Shown: positions 1 to 9,850 of the stretch, in pieces
Layout: each line of letters opens with the position of its first letter
How positions within the stretch are numbered: the stretch's first letter is position 1
Assembly: GCA_965219385.1 (NCBI GenBank)
Contig: CBDCNM010000001.1
Span: 1,228,631-1,292,630 of the forward strand
Source: Candidatus Latescibacterota bacterium
GTDB lineage: Bacteria; Latescibacterota; UBA2968; UBA8231
DNA length: 64,000 bases
Direction of reading: 5' to 3'
Translations under genes and position numbers: made by a program
The notes under the pieces: model-generated
Database searches by the model: none
The model's input: only the letters and a program-made list of their open reading frames with translations
What the model was told of the DNA's origin: nothing

Positions 1-2
1 TT

Positions 3-839
3 GAGTGGGGACAGCATTCCAAGCTTCGCCAGAACATACAGGGAAATTTTCAAGCATCTGATCTTTCAAATCTCAAGGGGGACGGCGATTCCCCTTTTTA
101 CTTTAGCGTTGAAGGAGTGGGGGAATTACGGGAAACAGAAAAGTTTTTCACGTTCACTCCCTATCCGCAAATCGTTCAAAACATGCAGTCATTCCCTGAA
201 GCCTTCTATTTAGAGTCTCCGCTTTATTGGAAACTAAAAAGTGCCCTGGAGTCGATTAAGCTCAATCCACGTTCTCCTTTCAGGGATTCTTTGAACGGAG
301 TCCCGGATTACTTCTACGACATGGCCGTTGCCCTCAGAAAGAAGCGTATCGAACATCCTTTCTCCAGGATCCATGAAGGTCTGCACGATGCGATTGGCGG
401 GCGGATTTCACTGAGTGAAGCGGGCGATCTTGAATTCCAACAAAACGGCAAGTCGATTCCGCTCTCTCTCACGTCGGCGGGGGTTGCAAACATGGGAATG
501 CTGGCCTTGCTGATTGAGCGAGGGGCCTTAGACCGAGGATCTTTTCTTTTTATCGATGAACCTGAGTCGAATCTCCATCCGGCTTGGCAAGTTGAGATGG
601 CGGCGTTCCTCTTTGAATTAGCCCGTCAGGGGGTCAATGTGGTGGTCTCCACCCACAGCATGACGATCCTCAAGTGGCTTGAGGTGCATGTAAAGGAAAA
701 ACCGGAAGACCGGGAACTGGTCAAGTTGAATAAGTTTCCGCCGGACGCCGAATGGAACGACGACATGGACGCGGTGATGGCAGAAGTCAAACAGTTGTTG
801 ACTAAGCCTTTCTCTGATCTCTACATCAAAGGGCTGTAG
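3..839 (+). CDS. ABC-type/AAA_15-AAA_21 family ATPase, C-terminal part (gene begins before the window)
   Basis: Frame of ORF 117..839 stays open back to nt 3. ABC signature-like TSAG, Walker B/D-loop FLFIDEPESNLHPAWQ and H-loop VVVSTHS are present. Confidence 0.85.
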   Translation, partial: EWGQHSKLRQNIQGNFQASDLSNLKGDGDSPFYFSVEGVGELRETEKFFTFTPYPQIVQNMQSFPEAFYLESPLYWKLKSALESIKLNPRSPFRDSLNGVPDYFYDMAVALRKKRIEHPFSRIHEGLHDAIGGRISLSEAGDLEFQQNGKSIPLSLTSAGVANMGMLALLIERGALDRGSFLFIDEPESNLHPAWQVEMAAFLFELARQGVNVVVSTHSMTILKWLEVHVKEKPEDRELVKLNKFPPDAEWNDDMDAVMAEVKQLLTKPFSDLYIKGL

Positions 840-840
840 A

Positions 841-1398
841 ATGCCCTTATCCCAATTCGCCGAGCCAATAAGCTCTGCCGGCGGCGGCCTAAAAGCGTAT
901 CGGATGGACAGCACAGTGAGAGAGTCCGACATGCGCCGCGCCGCCGGACTTGGGACATGCGAGTGCTGCGACTATGTAACGATCAGCAAGGACAGCCAAA
1001 GCATTGTTTTTATTGAGGAAACCGACTTAGAGCGCACGATAATTGATTTCAAAGAAAAATATGATTACCTCAACGACGACGACCAGGTTGACTTGCTTTA
1101 CGACGAAGTTCTTAAAGGGCACCGGCTTAAACTTTACGGGTCGATGTTGGTCCTGTGTCGCCTGTCAAGCTCGCGGGGCAATGTGAGAGCGTTTCTGCCA
1201 GAGAATGAGTTTCAGTTCTGGCTCGTAACGACCAGCACGGCTTCGTCGGACTCTGTTATACTGATAGATCACCTGACAGACAAGTTGAGAGATTTTCTAA
1301 AAAGTCCATTAACCAGAGAGATGATGAATGTGGTCGATATTATTCCGTCAACTGAGCTGGCCGAAAAACTATCGGACAACGCCATTCAAATAGACTAA
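841..1398 (+). CDS. Hypothetical protein, partner of the ATPase; possible degenerate PD-(D/E)XK-fold nuclease
   Basis: 185 aa, starts 1 nt after the ATPase stop. Pattern CCDYVTI...IVFIEETD resembles a restriction-endonuclease-like core. Confidence 0.55.
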   Translation: MPLSQFAEPISSAGGGLKAYRMDSTVRESDMRRAAGLGTCECCDYVTISKDSQSIVFIEETDLERTIIDFKEKYDYLNDDDQVDLLYDEVLKGHRLKLYGSMLVLCRLSSSRGNVRAFLPENEFQFWLVTTSTASSDSVILIDHLTDKLRDFLKSPLTREMMNVVDIIPSTELAEKLSDNAIQID

Positions 1399-1412
1399 AC
1401 TTTCTCGAACCC

Positions 1413-4316
1413 ATGCCCCAAACCAACGAAATCGCCTTCAATGTCTGGCTGTTGGACGTGCTGCGGACCAAGCATCCACGCTGGCGCGACCGCACCGGCG
1501 TGGAGCAACACGGCGTCTTCCGCGAGACCGCCCGGCGGCCGGACTTGGTCATTCGCCCGCCGGGCGGCATTCCGGTCGTCCTCGAAACGGAGTTTCTGCC
1601 GGCGCACAGCGTCGAGGAAGACGCCCAAGCCCGCCTGGGGAAATTCTTGCAGTACAACGGCGATAGAATCGAGCAGACCATCGCCGTCCAGATTCCACGG
1701 GAACTGAGCCGGGTGCCGCAGGCAGACTTGGAGCAGCATATCGAGGCCGCCGAGTTCCGCTACTGCACGTATTCGCTGCAAGCAGCGGGCACTGCCGTGC
1801 GCTGGCCGGCCACGGGCTGGCTCGACGGCAGTGTTGACGATCTTGCCAGTTGTATTGAAAACGTCTCACTGTCCGAGCGGCTGCTCACCGAGGGAACGCA
1901 GATTCTGGAGCAGAGCATCGGCGAGGCCGCCGGCAAGTTGCGCGAAACAGCCGGCTCCCACGCGCTGGAGAATATGGCGCAGTCCCTCCATCAAGAGGAC
2001 GGCGAGCAAACCTCGCGCATGGCCATGGCCATCGTCGCCAACGCCCTCGTCTTCCATACCGCGATTGTTGAAGCGCACGGCATCGAAACCATCGACGAGT
2101 TGCGTATACCTGGGCTCAACGACGTCAGCAAGAGCCGTTTGCTCAAGTGTTGGCAGCATATCCTCGATAACATCAACTACTATCCGATCTTTCGCATTGC
2201 CTCCGACTTGCTCCTGCCGATCCCCGACGGCACGGCGAATGCGGTCCTCAACCGCCTCGCTCAGGCGGCCAGCGACTTAGCGGGCTTGGGGGCTACCACC
2301 TTGCACGATCTCTCCGGGCGCATGTTTCAACGGCTCATCGCCGACCGGAAGTTCCTCGCCACGTTCTACACCCTGCCGACCTCGGCGGCTCTACTCGGCG
2401 AGCTGGCGGTGGCCCGTTTGGACGCGGAAACGGATTGGTCCGACCCGGAGGCCCTTACCAGTCTCCGAGTCGCTGACCTAGCCTGTGGCACAGGTGCCCT
2501 ACTTTCGGCAGCGTACCGCGCTATATCGGTGCGCTACCGGCGAATCGGCGGCGACGATCAGGCGCTGCACCAGCAGATGATGGAACGCGCCCTCATCGCT
2601 GCGGACATCATGCCGGCCGCAACCCATCTTACCGCGTCCATGCTGTCGAGCGCCCATCCAGGGACGACCTTGGACAATACCCAAGTCTACACCCTGCCCT
2701 ACGGACAGCAGGGACCGAAAGGACGGTACGCACTGGGGGCCCTCGACCTGATAGAGGAAGACGTTACGCCGTCGTTATTCATGACCGGCGTCCACGTGGC
2801 CAAAGGTACGGATGCGAATGTAGAGGCGCACCCCCAGATGGTCCTCGCCCGCACATCGGCCGATCTGGTGATTATGAATCCCCCTTTCACGCGGCCGACA
2901 AATCACGAGACGGCCGATGTGCCGGTGCCATCGTTTGCCGGGTTGGGCACCAGTGAAGAGGAACAGTGGGCCATGAGCCGTCGGTTGAAGAGGATAAACG
3001 CCCAGCTAAAAAAGAGCACAACGACGGCGGGCCACGGCAACGCCGGGCTGGCTTCCAACTTCGTCGATCTCGCCCACGTCAAGACCAAGCCGGGCGGCGT
3101 CCTTGCGCTGGTGCTACCGGCGGCGTGTGTAAGCGGTAGCTCTTGGGAGGACGCCCGGCACTTGCTGGAACGCGAGTACGAGAACCTCGCCGTGCTTACC
3201 ATTGCGGCGCACGACCAGACCGACTGGGCCTTTTCAGCCGATACCGGCATGGCCGAGGCCCTCGTGGTAGCCACCAAGTGCCGCGCCGGACGCAAGGGAT
3301 GCGGGGAAACCCTGTTCGTCAATCTCCACCACCGGCCGCGCAGCCTCGCGGAAGCCTTTGAGATGGCGCGGGCGGTGCGCCGGCTCTCGCCCCAAGCGCG
3401 GCAAGGGCGGCTGTGTGTGGGCGACCGCGAGACCATCGGTACCTACATTCGGGCACCTTTGAGCCAAGGCGGTTGCGCGTCCCTCCGCGAAACCACGCTC
3501 GCCGACGCCGCCCTTGGATTGTCGGCAGGAACGCTCCGGCTGCCCCAAGGATACTCCGCTCCGCTTGCCACGATTCGCCTCGGGGCTATTGGCAAGAAGG
3601 GACTGCTCGACCGCGACATCTCCGGGAAGACCAGCAACGGAGCACCGCGAGGGCCGTTTGAAATCATTCCCATTCAGGGAGTGCCGCAGTATCCGGTGTT
3701 ATGGGGCCACGACGCCGAGCGCGAACGGGGTCTCGTCGTCCCGCCCGATAGCGAGGGAGAGGTGCGCCCCAGCTGCGACGCCCGTGCGGTCACGGCCTGG
3801 AACGCAACCGCCTCGCGGCTGCACTTCAACCGCGATTTTCGGATCAACTCGCAAAGCCTCACCGCCTGTCTCACGCCGGCCAAAGCGATCGGAGGGAGGG
3901 CGTGGCCCAACTTCATCCCGGAGCAAAACGAGTGGACTCTACCCCTCGTCTTGTGGTCCAACACGACGCTGGGACTCCTCGCCTTCTGGTGGGTCGGAAC
4001 CCGACAGCAGCAGGGCCGGGCGTGTCTCACGATCACCCAGTTGCCCCGCCTGACGGTCTTGGACCCGCACTCCCTCAGCCAAGAGCAGCTAGCCCAAGCC
4101 GAGGCCATCTTTGAGCGGTTCAAGGAAAAGGAATTCCTGCCGGCCAACGAGGCGTATCGGGACGACGCTCGCCAAGCCCTCGACCGCGCCGTCTTGGTGG
4201 ACCTGTTGCACCTTCCCAAAGCAGCCCTCGAACCGCTCGCCATTTTGCGCGACCAATGGTGCGCCGAGCCGAGCGTCCACGGCGGCAAGAAGACGCGAAT
4301 TGACCTTAAGGATTGA
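1413..4316 (+). CDS. Fused restriction endonuclease/N6-adenine methyltransferase (Type IIG-like)
   Basis: N-terminal RRPDLVI...VVLETEF (PD..ExE). Methyltransferase motifs ATFYT, VADLACGTGALL (motif I) and VIMNPPF (motif IV). Long C-terminal putative target-recognition region. Confidence 0.8.
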   Translation: MPQTNEIAFNVWLLDVLRTKHPRWRDRTGVEQHGVFRETARRPDLVIRPPGGIPVVLETEFLPAHSVEEDAQARLGKFLQYNGDRIEQTIAVQIPRELSRVPQADLEQHIEAAEFRYCTYSLQAAGTAVRWPATGWLDGSVDDLASCIENVSLSERLLTEGTQILEQSIGEAAGKLRETAGSHALENMAQSLHQEDGEQTSRMAMAIVANALVFHTAIVEAHGIETIDELRIPGLNDVSKSRLLKCWQHILDNINYYPIFRIASDLLLPIPDGTANAVLNRLAQAASDLAGLGATTLHDLSGRMFQRLIADRKFLATFYTLPTSAALLGELAVARLDAETDWSDPEALTSLRVADLACGTGALLSAAYRAISVRYRRIGGDDQALHQQMMERALIAADIMPAATHLTASMLSSAHPGTTLDNTQVYTLPYGQQGPKGRYALGALDLIEEDVTPSLFMTGVHVAKGTDANVEAHPQMVLARTSADLVIMNPPFTRPTNHETADVPVPSFAGLGTSEEEQWAMSRRLKRINAQLKKSTTTAGHGNAGLASNFVDLAHVKTKPGGVLALVLPAACVSGSSWEDARHLLEREYENLAVLTIAAHDQTDWAFSADTGMAEALVVATKCRAGRKGCGETLFVNLHHRPRSLAEAFEMARAVRRLSPQARQGRLCVGDRETIGTYIRAPLSQGGCASLRETTLADAALGLSAGTLRLPQGYSAPLATIRLGAIGKKGLLDRDISGKTSNGAPRGPFEIIPIQGVPQYPVLWGHDAERERGLVVPPDSEGEVRPSCDARAVTAWNATASRLHFNRDFRINSQSLTACLTPAKAIGGRAWPNFIPEQNEWTLPLVLWSNTTLGLLAFWWVGTRQQQGRACLTITQLPRLTVLDPHSLSQEQLAQAEAIFERFKEKEFLPANEAYRDDARQALDRAVLVDLLHLPKAALEPLAILRDQWCAEPSVHGGKKTRIDLKD

Positions 4317-4435
4317 CGATGGAATTACTCGGCCGGAAGCAGTGGATAATTCCATTCAGGTAAATCCGCATCAAAAAGGATGCGCATCTGCTCTTTGATT
4401 TCCCGGGTTACTTTTCGTCCGGTCTGATAGACCTT

Positions 4436-5913
4436 CATCCGTGATCGGTTAAGGCGCATATAGCGCGATATGATGCATTTTTTGAGTTAATGAATCTCTC
4501 GTACGATTAGGATCACGGGCTTCATGCCAGAGGAGTTGGGTTAGCTTGAGGGATCGAGGTTTTCTTCCGGCCTGCCGCAGCACGTCCTGTAAGAGTCGAG
4601 CACTGAGGTGGGTCAATACGGCGGCCAATCTCAAAAAGGGAAAGAGCCCTTCTTTCTCTTCCTGGTTTTCTTTGTGCTGTCTGTTTTTCGGCATGGAGTA
4701 GGCCGGTCGCTGTTGCAGCACCGGCTCGATATGGCGACTGACGATCAGGGTCAGAATCGCCGCATAGATGAGGGTATGGAGGATGTGAGGATGGGTGGTG
4801 GGAAAGCCCTCCAGTTGGTAGAAAGACTTGAGCGGTTTGAAAATCAGCTCAACTAGCCATCGCGCCGAGTAGAGTTGGGCAATGGCTTCAGCGGAGAAAG
4901 ACGGTGGATCGAGACTGGTCAGATACAGATGATACTGGCGCGTCTGGGGATCTTTGATCCCCACCAGACGGAAGCGTCTTCGCCCCCGACGTTGTTTGCC
5001 TTGGTAGCGTTGTTTGCGAAAGGTAATCTCGACCTCGGCATCGAGGATATCGCGTCGGATTCGGGACAATACACTGGGGAGGGTATGACCCATCAGGTCG
5101 TGGTCACTCCCTCGATGGAGATTGACCAAAAGCGGCGCACATCCTTCTTTCAATCGGCACACGAAGAAGCCTTTTTCTTGGTCGATTCGGTCGAGTAACG
5201 CCTACTTGAAATAGCCCAGGTCAAACAGCAGAAGACGACCCTGGACCCATTCGGCCACGCGCAAGACCTGCCCATCAGCGGTGCGCTCCGAGGTTAACCG
5301 CACCTGATGTTGGCTGGTACCCAATACCGACAACACCAGATGCAGTTTGGCGGCTGCCTGGGTGTGGTTGGTACGACACGCCGCGTAGGTTTTGCTCAAG
5401 GTATCATGGAGTCGCAAGACGGTGGCATCGGAGATGAGCACATCGCGGAACGCCGACAGCGCCCCTTGATCGTGGGCATGGTTTTCGAACATCGGCTGCA
5501 AGGCGCGATCACAGGCCTGACTGAGGAAAACGACCAACGACGGGGTGAAACGGTCATAGAAGGAAGAGGCTGCCAACAGCGTGCCGGTGGCTTCTTCATA
5601 GGCCCGCCGCAAGCCTGCTATATCGCGTCGGTCGCCGATGCCAAACGACAGAAGCAAGGTCCAGAACAGGGAGACCGGATCGACTTTCCGTTGCCGTTGA
5701 ACCATGCCTACTTCACGTGCTTGGGCTTCCAGCCAGGAGGAAGGAAAAAGGTGACACCGCTGTTTTTCAATCGTATTTTCTGTCTTACAGGTCATAGTCT
5801 TTACTCCGCATCAGGTGAAAGATGGCTGTCTTTCCCACCTGAAAGAAGTAAAGCTATGACCTTTGTTTTTCAAACAATTACGAGAAATCTATCCGCTTAA
5901 CCGATCACGGATG
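4436..5913 (-). mobile_element. IS4-family insertion sequence
   Basis: Perfect 18-bp terminal IRs CATCCGTGATCGGTTAAG (4436-4453) and CTTAACCGATCACGGATG (5896-5913). 10-bp target duplication GATAGACCTT at 4426-4435 and 5914-5923. Confidence 0.93.
4449..5795 (-). pseudogene. IS4 DDE transposase with one in-frame TAG stop
   Basis: ORFs 5202..5795 and 4449..5162 are in the same frame (LLFDLGYFK*ALLDRIDQEKGFFVCRLK). Motifs ISDAT, FDLGY and YSARWLVELIFK. TAG at 5202-5204. Confidence 0.9.
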
Positions 5914-6917
5914 GATAGACCTTATTCAGGAGGTGGACGCGCCCCCGTAACCCCGTTTTCGTCGTGGCCTTCGCCATCAATTCTTTGACGCGCTTGATAC
6001 CGGTAAAAAGGACGCCTTGACAAACCCGGTGCCCAGGGGGAAATAAGCGATGATCGATCGGGTTGTATTTGGACGTATAAGGAGGAAAATGAGCGACCCG
6101 AATAACCCACCCGATTTCTTCGGCAAAGCGTTGCAGTGCCACTTTGAAGAGGACCCTCCGACAGCCGTTACGACCACCACGGTCGCACCGCATCAGGATC
6201 GAGGTGGCTTCCGGATACTCGTATCGTCCTCGATAGCGCCCCCATCGGCGTAGGCTATCGACGGCGAATTCGGGGGTATCGTGACGGGTACCCAGGTGGA
6301 GGTGTCCGTGATTCTTCTTCAGATCGTAAATGCCGTGCGGGATGACTACGCCTTCGGCCAGAGATGGATAGTCATGATCCAGCGTTTCGAGCGGCTCTCG
6401 ACCGTAGAGGGTTCCGGCACGATACCGATCGCCGATCAATTCTTTTTTTTGTGTCGATGCTGATGATCGGATGGGGACTGTCGGCATACGCCTCTTTCCG
6501 CCGGGCGATCTTGGTAAACGGCTCATCCCGTCGAGGGACATCCCCCGTGCGTTTCTTCTTGAGGGCTTTACGGCGTACAAAACCATGCTTCTTCAACGGC
6601 TTCTTGACGACCGTCTCACTGAGGTAGATGCCATGGGCCTGCAAGCCCTTGATGCGCTCAATGAGCCGGCTCGTGAAAAGCAGGGCAAACACAAGCATCC
6701 GACCTATGCCTTGGTCGATTCGCAATCGGTTAAGACCCAATATGCCCGTCAACATCGAGGCACCGATGGGGGAAAAAAGCTCAAAGGCCGTAAACGCCAC
6801 ATCGCCACCGATACCCTAGGCAACATGCTCACCGTCCAAGTCCTGACCGCTAATGTGGCCGATACCAACCAAGGATGGGACGTATGCGACCAAGTCGCGG
6901 AAAAGTATGATTCGGTA

Positions 6918-8477
6918 GGGTGTAGCCTCGTTTTTACGCTGCGATTCTGTGAATTGTTATAGGTGTGGTTTGCTGCAGGTACCAGTTCCAAAAAGCATCC
7001 CATCGTTTCGATTGAACGAGGACTCGTAGATTAAGAATCTGCTGGCCTCCCTTGCGCGTCCAGCGCATACCGCTGCGTTTGAGTCGGTGGCCGACGAGGG
7101 TCTTGGCAGCGGCCTCCACGGGGCCACTGGAGAGGATCAACCCCAAGGCATGGTAGCGGGCGTATTCCATTTTATCCCGGTTGTTGCGGAAGTAGCCCAG
7201 TTCGACGCTCGCTTGGCGATAGCGTTGCGAACCTCTTCGCAGTTTGCGGCGGTGGTAGGACAGGGAGCGGATCAGTCCCTTTATGGCATCGGGTTCATGG
7301 CGCAATTTGTGCCGCCAGCATCGGTACCAGCGATCCGTTTTCGTCGTCGCCTTGCCGAAGAGGGACTCGGCGGCCTTGGACAGGTGGTGCGCCGCGTGAT
7401 AGAAGTCTAGAATGCGGGTAAACCCGTCGAACACACTCTGCTGGTCCACAGTATGCCAGATCGCTCGTTTGCCGTCGGCCAACACGACTCGATGGTCATA
7501 GCCCCCCTGCTGCAAGGCCTGGGCCGTCTGGTCCACCAAGCCGTTGACCAGGGTCTCCATCTTGGCTTGGGGCATACGCGCGGCATAGCGCACATCAACG
7601 CGTTGGGGTTCTTCCGTCTTTGGATCCAACGGCGTCCGGTAGGTAGCGACCATGCCCACACCCGCCTCCTTCCAAGCGGTGGGCACGCTGTGGGGGTGGG
7701 TGGCCATCGGTCGTTGGGGTGGGCGTCCGCGTTTGGGCGCTGGCTCGCGCAGGGGCACAGTGACGCCGTCCCAACTCACCACCAGGGTGTCGCCCTCCGC
7801 ATTTAGGGGCGCGGCCTCTTGCAAGGCCCGCTCCAGCGATTCGGCGCCGTCCTCGGCACCCTGCCCGACGGTGGTCAACAGGCGCTGAAGCGCGGTGCGC
7901 GAGGGCGGCTGGGGCAGCACTTCACGCAGGCTGTCCTCGACTTCGGACGGGACCAGGCGGGCCCCCAGAAAGGCCGTCACGCGCTCCAGCGCTGGCACCA
8001 TGAAACGATTCACCATGCCGCAGCGCTCATCCAAAGGCACCCGGCTTGCTCCGCCCCGATCGTGCTGATACAGCCGTCGGGGCACCACCACCTTGCCCCA
8101 CAGGGTCATCCACTCCTTGTTGACCACTTGCTTGAATCGGTACACCCGATCCTCATTTACCACCGTGTCCTCAGCGATCTCACAGCCTTGTGCCAGGTGT
8201 TGGAACCCGGCCCGACCAATGTCGTCCAAAGAGGCTCGAAGCTCGTTCATCACCTCGCCGAATGCCTCCGGTCCTGATTGCTCCGACTGCAGGTGTTGCT
8301 CCCAGTGGAGGACATTTTCTTGCAATTTCGCTATACAAGCACTCAGATTCTGTGTATCTTCCATCTGGGACCCCCTTCCGGGTTTTGGGCGTAAGTGGTT
8401 ACACCCAAAGATACATTCATACCCCGATTTGGGGTCCCTCTTTTTGAAAAAAGATGCGTAAATCAAAACCTACACCC
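6918..8477 (-). mobile_element. ISKra4/ISLre2-like (Mutator-type) insertion sequence
   Basis: Terminal IRs begin GGGTGTAG (6918) and CTACACCC (ending 8477), with further TTTACGC matches. 8-bp target duplication ATTCGGTA at 6910-6917 and 8478-8485. Confidence 0.9.
6934..8364 (-). CDS. ISKra4/ISLre2-like transposase
   Basis: VSWDG, VLADG..IW, ILDFYHAAHHL, SSGPVEAAAKTLVGHRLKRSGMRWT. Probable start ATG at 8364. Confidence 0.85.
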   Translation of the reverse strand: MEDTQNLSACIAKLQENVLHWEQHLQSEQSGPEAFGEVMNELRASLDDIGRAGFQHLAQGCEIAEDTVVNEDRVYRFKQVVNKEWMTLWGKVVVPRRLYQHDRGGASRVPLDERCGMVNRFMVPALERVTAFLGARLVPSEVEDSLREVLPQPPSRTALQRLLTTVGQGAEDGAESLERALQEAAPLNAEGDTLVVSWDGVTVPLREPAPKRGRPPQRPMATHPHSVPTAWKEAGVGMVATYRTPLDPKTEEPQRVDVRYAARMPQAKMETLVNGLVDQTAQALQQGGYDHRVVLADGKRAIWHTVDQQSVFDGFTRILDFYHAAHHLSKAAESLFGKATTKTDRWYRCWRHKLRHEPDAIKGLIRSLSYHRRKLRRGSQRYRQASVELGYFRNNRDKMEYARYHALGLILSSGPVEAAAKTLVGHRLKRSGMRWTRKGGQQILNLRVLVQSKRWDAFWNWYLQQTTPITIHRIAA

Positions 8478-8916
8478 ATTCGGTAGAAGCCTTCTGCGGC
8501 GACCAAGGATATCGTGGAACCACGGTCGAATTCGTCGAAATCCTGTTGGGGTTGCGACTCGATATAGCCGATAAGCCAACCCAAGGGTTCCAAGTGGTAC
8601 CCAAACGCTGGATCATCGAACGAACCTTTGCTTGGTTGGGCGGATTTCGTCGCTTGGCCAAGGACTTTGAAATACGCACCCGCTCCGCAGAAAATATGAT
8701 TCGTATCGCCATGATAAAGATTACCGTCGCTAAATGTGTCTGAATAACTCAACAGCTTCTTAAGGCGGAAGCGATAGGCTGAGGAAGGGTGAGCGTCCAA
8801 GGCGAGGATGACCCAAGAAGACGTGCGCCAAGGTGACTATTTGCGCCGCCTTGGGTCAGATGCAGAGCCCCTGCGCGGTCAATACAATGTCGCGGGTTGG
8901 TGACGCAACCTCTTTG

Positions 8917-9847
8917 AGAAGCTGTTTTAGAATTCAGATTTTCCACCGATTCTCTTGACCAAGAGGTGAATCATCGCAATGTAAATAAAGGCTTCGCTAT
9001 TTCGGGGTAGGACTTCATAGTCCTTGGAAAGGCGCCGAAAATTCAATAACCAGGCAAAGGTGCGCTCCACCACCCAACGCCATTTCATCACTTGAAATCC
9101 CTGGCCTTCTCGCTGGACCACTGCCAGGTCAATTTTGTGCGTCCGCTTCAAACTTGCAACCCATGCCTTGATGGCCTCGCCGCGATACCCACCATCGACC
9201 CATAGCTTTCGAAGGCGGGTCAAGCCAGCGGCAAAATAGGCTTTGAGCAACACCTTCAACCCGTCCGGATCGGCACCGTCGGCAGGCGAGACAAACGCGG
9301 AGATGATAAGCCCCAAGGGGTCAACAAGGAGAGGGCGCTTGCGGCCATTGACCTTCTTGCCAGCATCATAACCCTTTGATTCACCTTGGGTTGCAGTCTT
9401 GATGCTTGGGCTGTCTATAGAGCCTGCCGAAGCGGTGGGCTTGCGGCCTTGACGGCGCCTTTCCCTTCTGGAGAGTGCCGGATGGATCTGCCTCCAGATG
9501 CCTTTTTTGCTCCAGGTGTTGAAATACCCATACACGGTTTGCCAGCACCCATACTCCTTGGGCAGCATCCGCCACTGACCGCCCGTTTGGGTCACATACA
9601 CAATGGCGTTGAACCCCTCGCGCAGAGGAACCGGTGGACGACCGCGACTCCCGGGATGCCATTTGCGTTTGGGAAGGAGGGTGAGGAGAAGTTGCCATTG
9701 CGCTTCGATCCAATCGGTCGGATATGGTCTGAGCGTATTCATCTTCATCCTTTCGTTTCAGGTGGTTTGGGACAACCTGAATTTGGATAGATGAATACGC
9801 GCTTTTCAACTCTTTTTTTAACCCCTCACATTTTTAAAACAGCTTCT
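8917..9847 (-). mobile_element. IS5-family (IS1031-like) insertion sequence
   Basis: 13-bp IRs AGAAGCTGTTTTA (8917-8929) and TAAAACAGCTTCT (9835-9847) flank the transposase. Confidence 0.85.
8927..9748 (-). CDS. IS5-family transposase; open frame but with substitutions in conserved motifs
   Basis: YPTD..EAQW, WRMLPKEY..WQTVYGYF, IDSPSIK, GKKVNGRKRPLLVDPLG, LWVDGGYRG, RWVVERTFAWL..FRRLSKDYE. Confidence 0.85.
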   Translation of the reverse strand: MKMNTLRPYPTDWIEAQWQLLLTLLPKRKWHPGSRGRPPVPLREGFNAIVYVTQTGGQWRMLPKEYGCWQTVYGYFNTWSKKGIWRQIHPALSRRERRRQGRKPTASAGSIDSPSIKTATQGESKGYDAGKKVNGRKRPLLVDPLGLIISAFVSPADGADPDGLKVLLKAYFAAGLTRLRKLWVDGGYRGEAIKAWVASLKRTHKIDLAVVQREGQGFQVMKWRWVVERTFAWLLNFRRLSKDYEVLPRNSEAFIYIAMIHLLVKRIGGKSEF

Positions 9848-9850
9848 TAG

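Larger units (their letters stand above)
4325..6645 (-). pseudogene. ISAzo13-family transposase remnant: 5'-truncated, frameshifted, interrupted by IS4
   Basis: ISIDTKK(R/E)LIG with a frameshift in the poly-T at ~6441-6450, and HFPPYTSKYNPIDHRLF. The reading frame resumes beyond the IS4 as KVYQTGRKVTREIKEQMRILFDADLPEWNYPLLPAE* (stop at 4325). Left boundary at ~6645 is approximate. Confidence 0.85.
6640..8759 (+). pseudogene. IS5-family (IS1031-like) transposase, 5'-truncated and split by an ISKra4-like element
   Basis: VDSQSVKT...GKKLKGRKRHIATDTLG...KYDSV, then after removing the insert the frame continues EAFCGDQGYRG...KRWIIERTFAWLGGFRRLAKDFE (stop 8743). Right end AACAGCTTC at 8751-8759 matches the neighbouring IS5 end. 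Start coordinate is approximate. Confidence 0.88.

Noticed and set aside
1..213. 70-aa ORF at the window start
   Set aside because: Out-of-frame overlap with the ATPase, whose frame is open from nt 3.
5202..5204. In-frame TAG in the IS4 transposase as possible stop-codon recoding or pyrrolysine
   Set aside because: TAG terminates normal genes here (e.g. hsdR, dnaK) and the element has other lesions, so a nonsense mutation is simpler.
8809..8858. Inverted repeat TGACCCAAG...CTTGGGTCA between IS elements
   Set aside because: Only 9-bp arms, no U-tract and no second copy; function cannot be supported.
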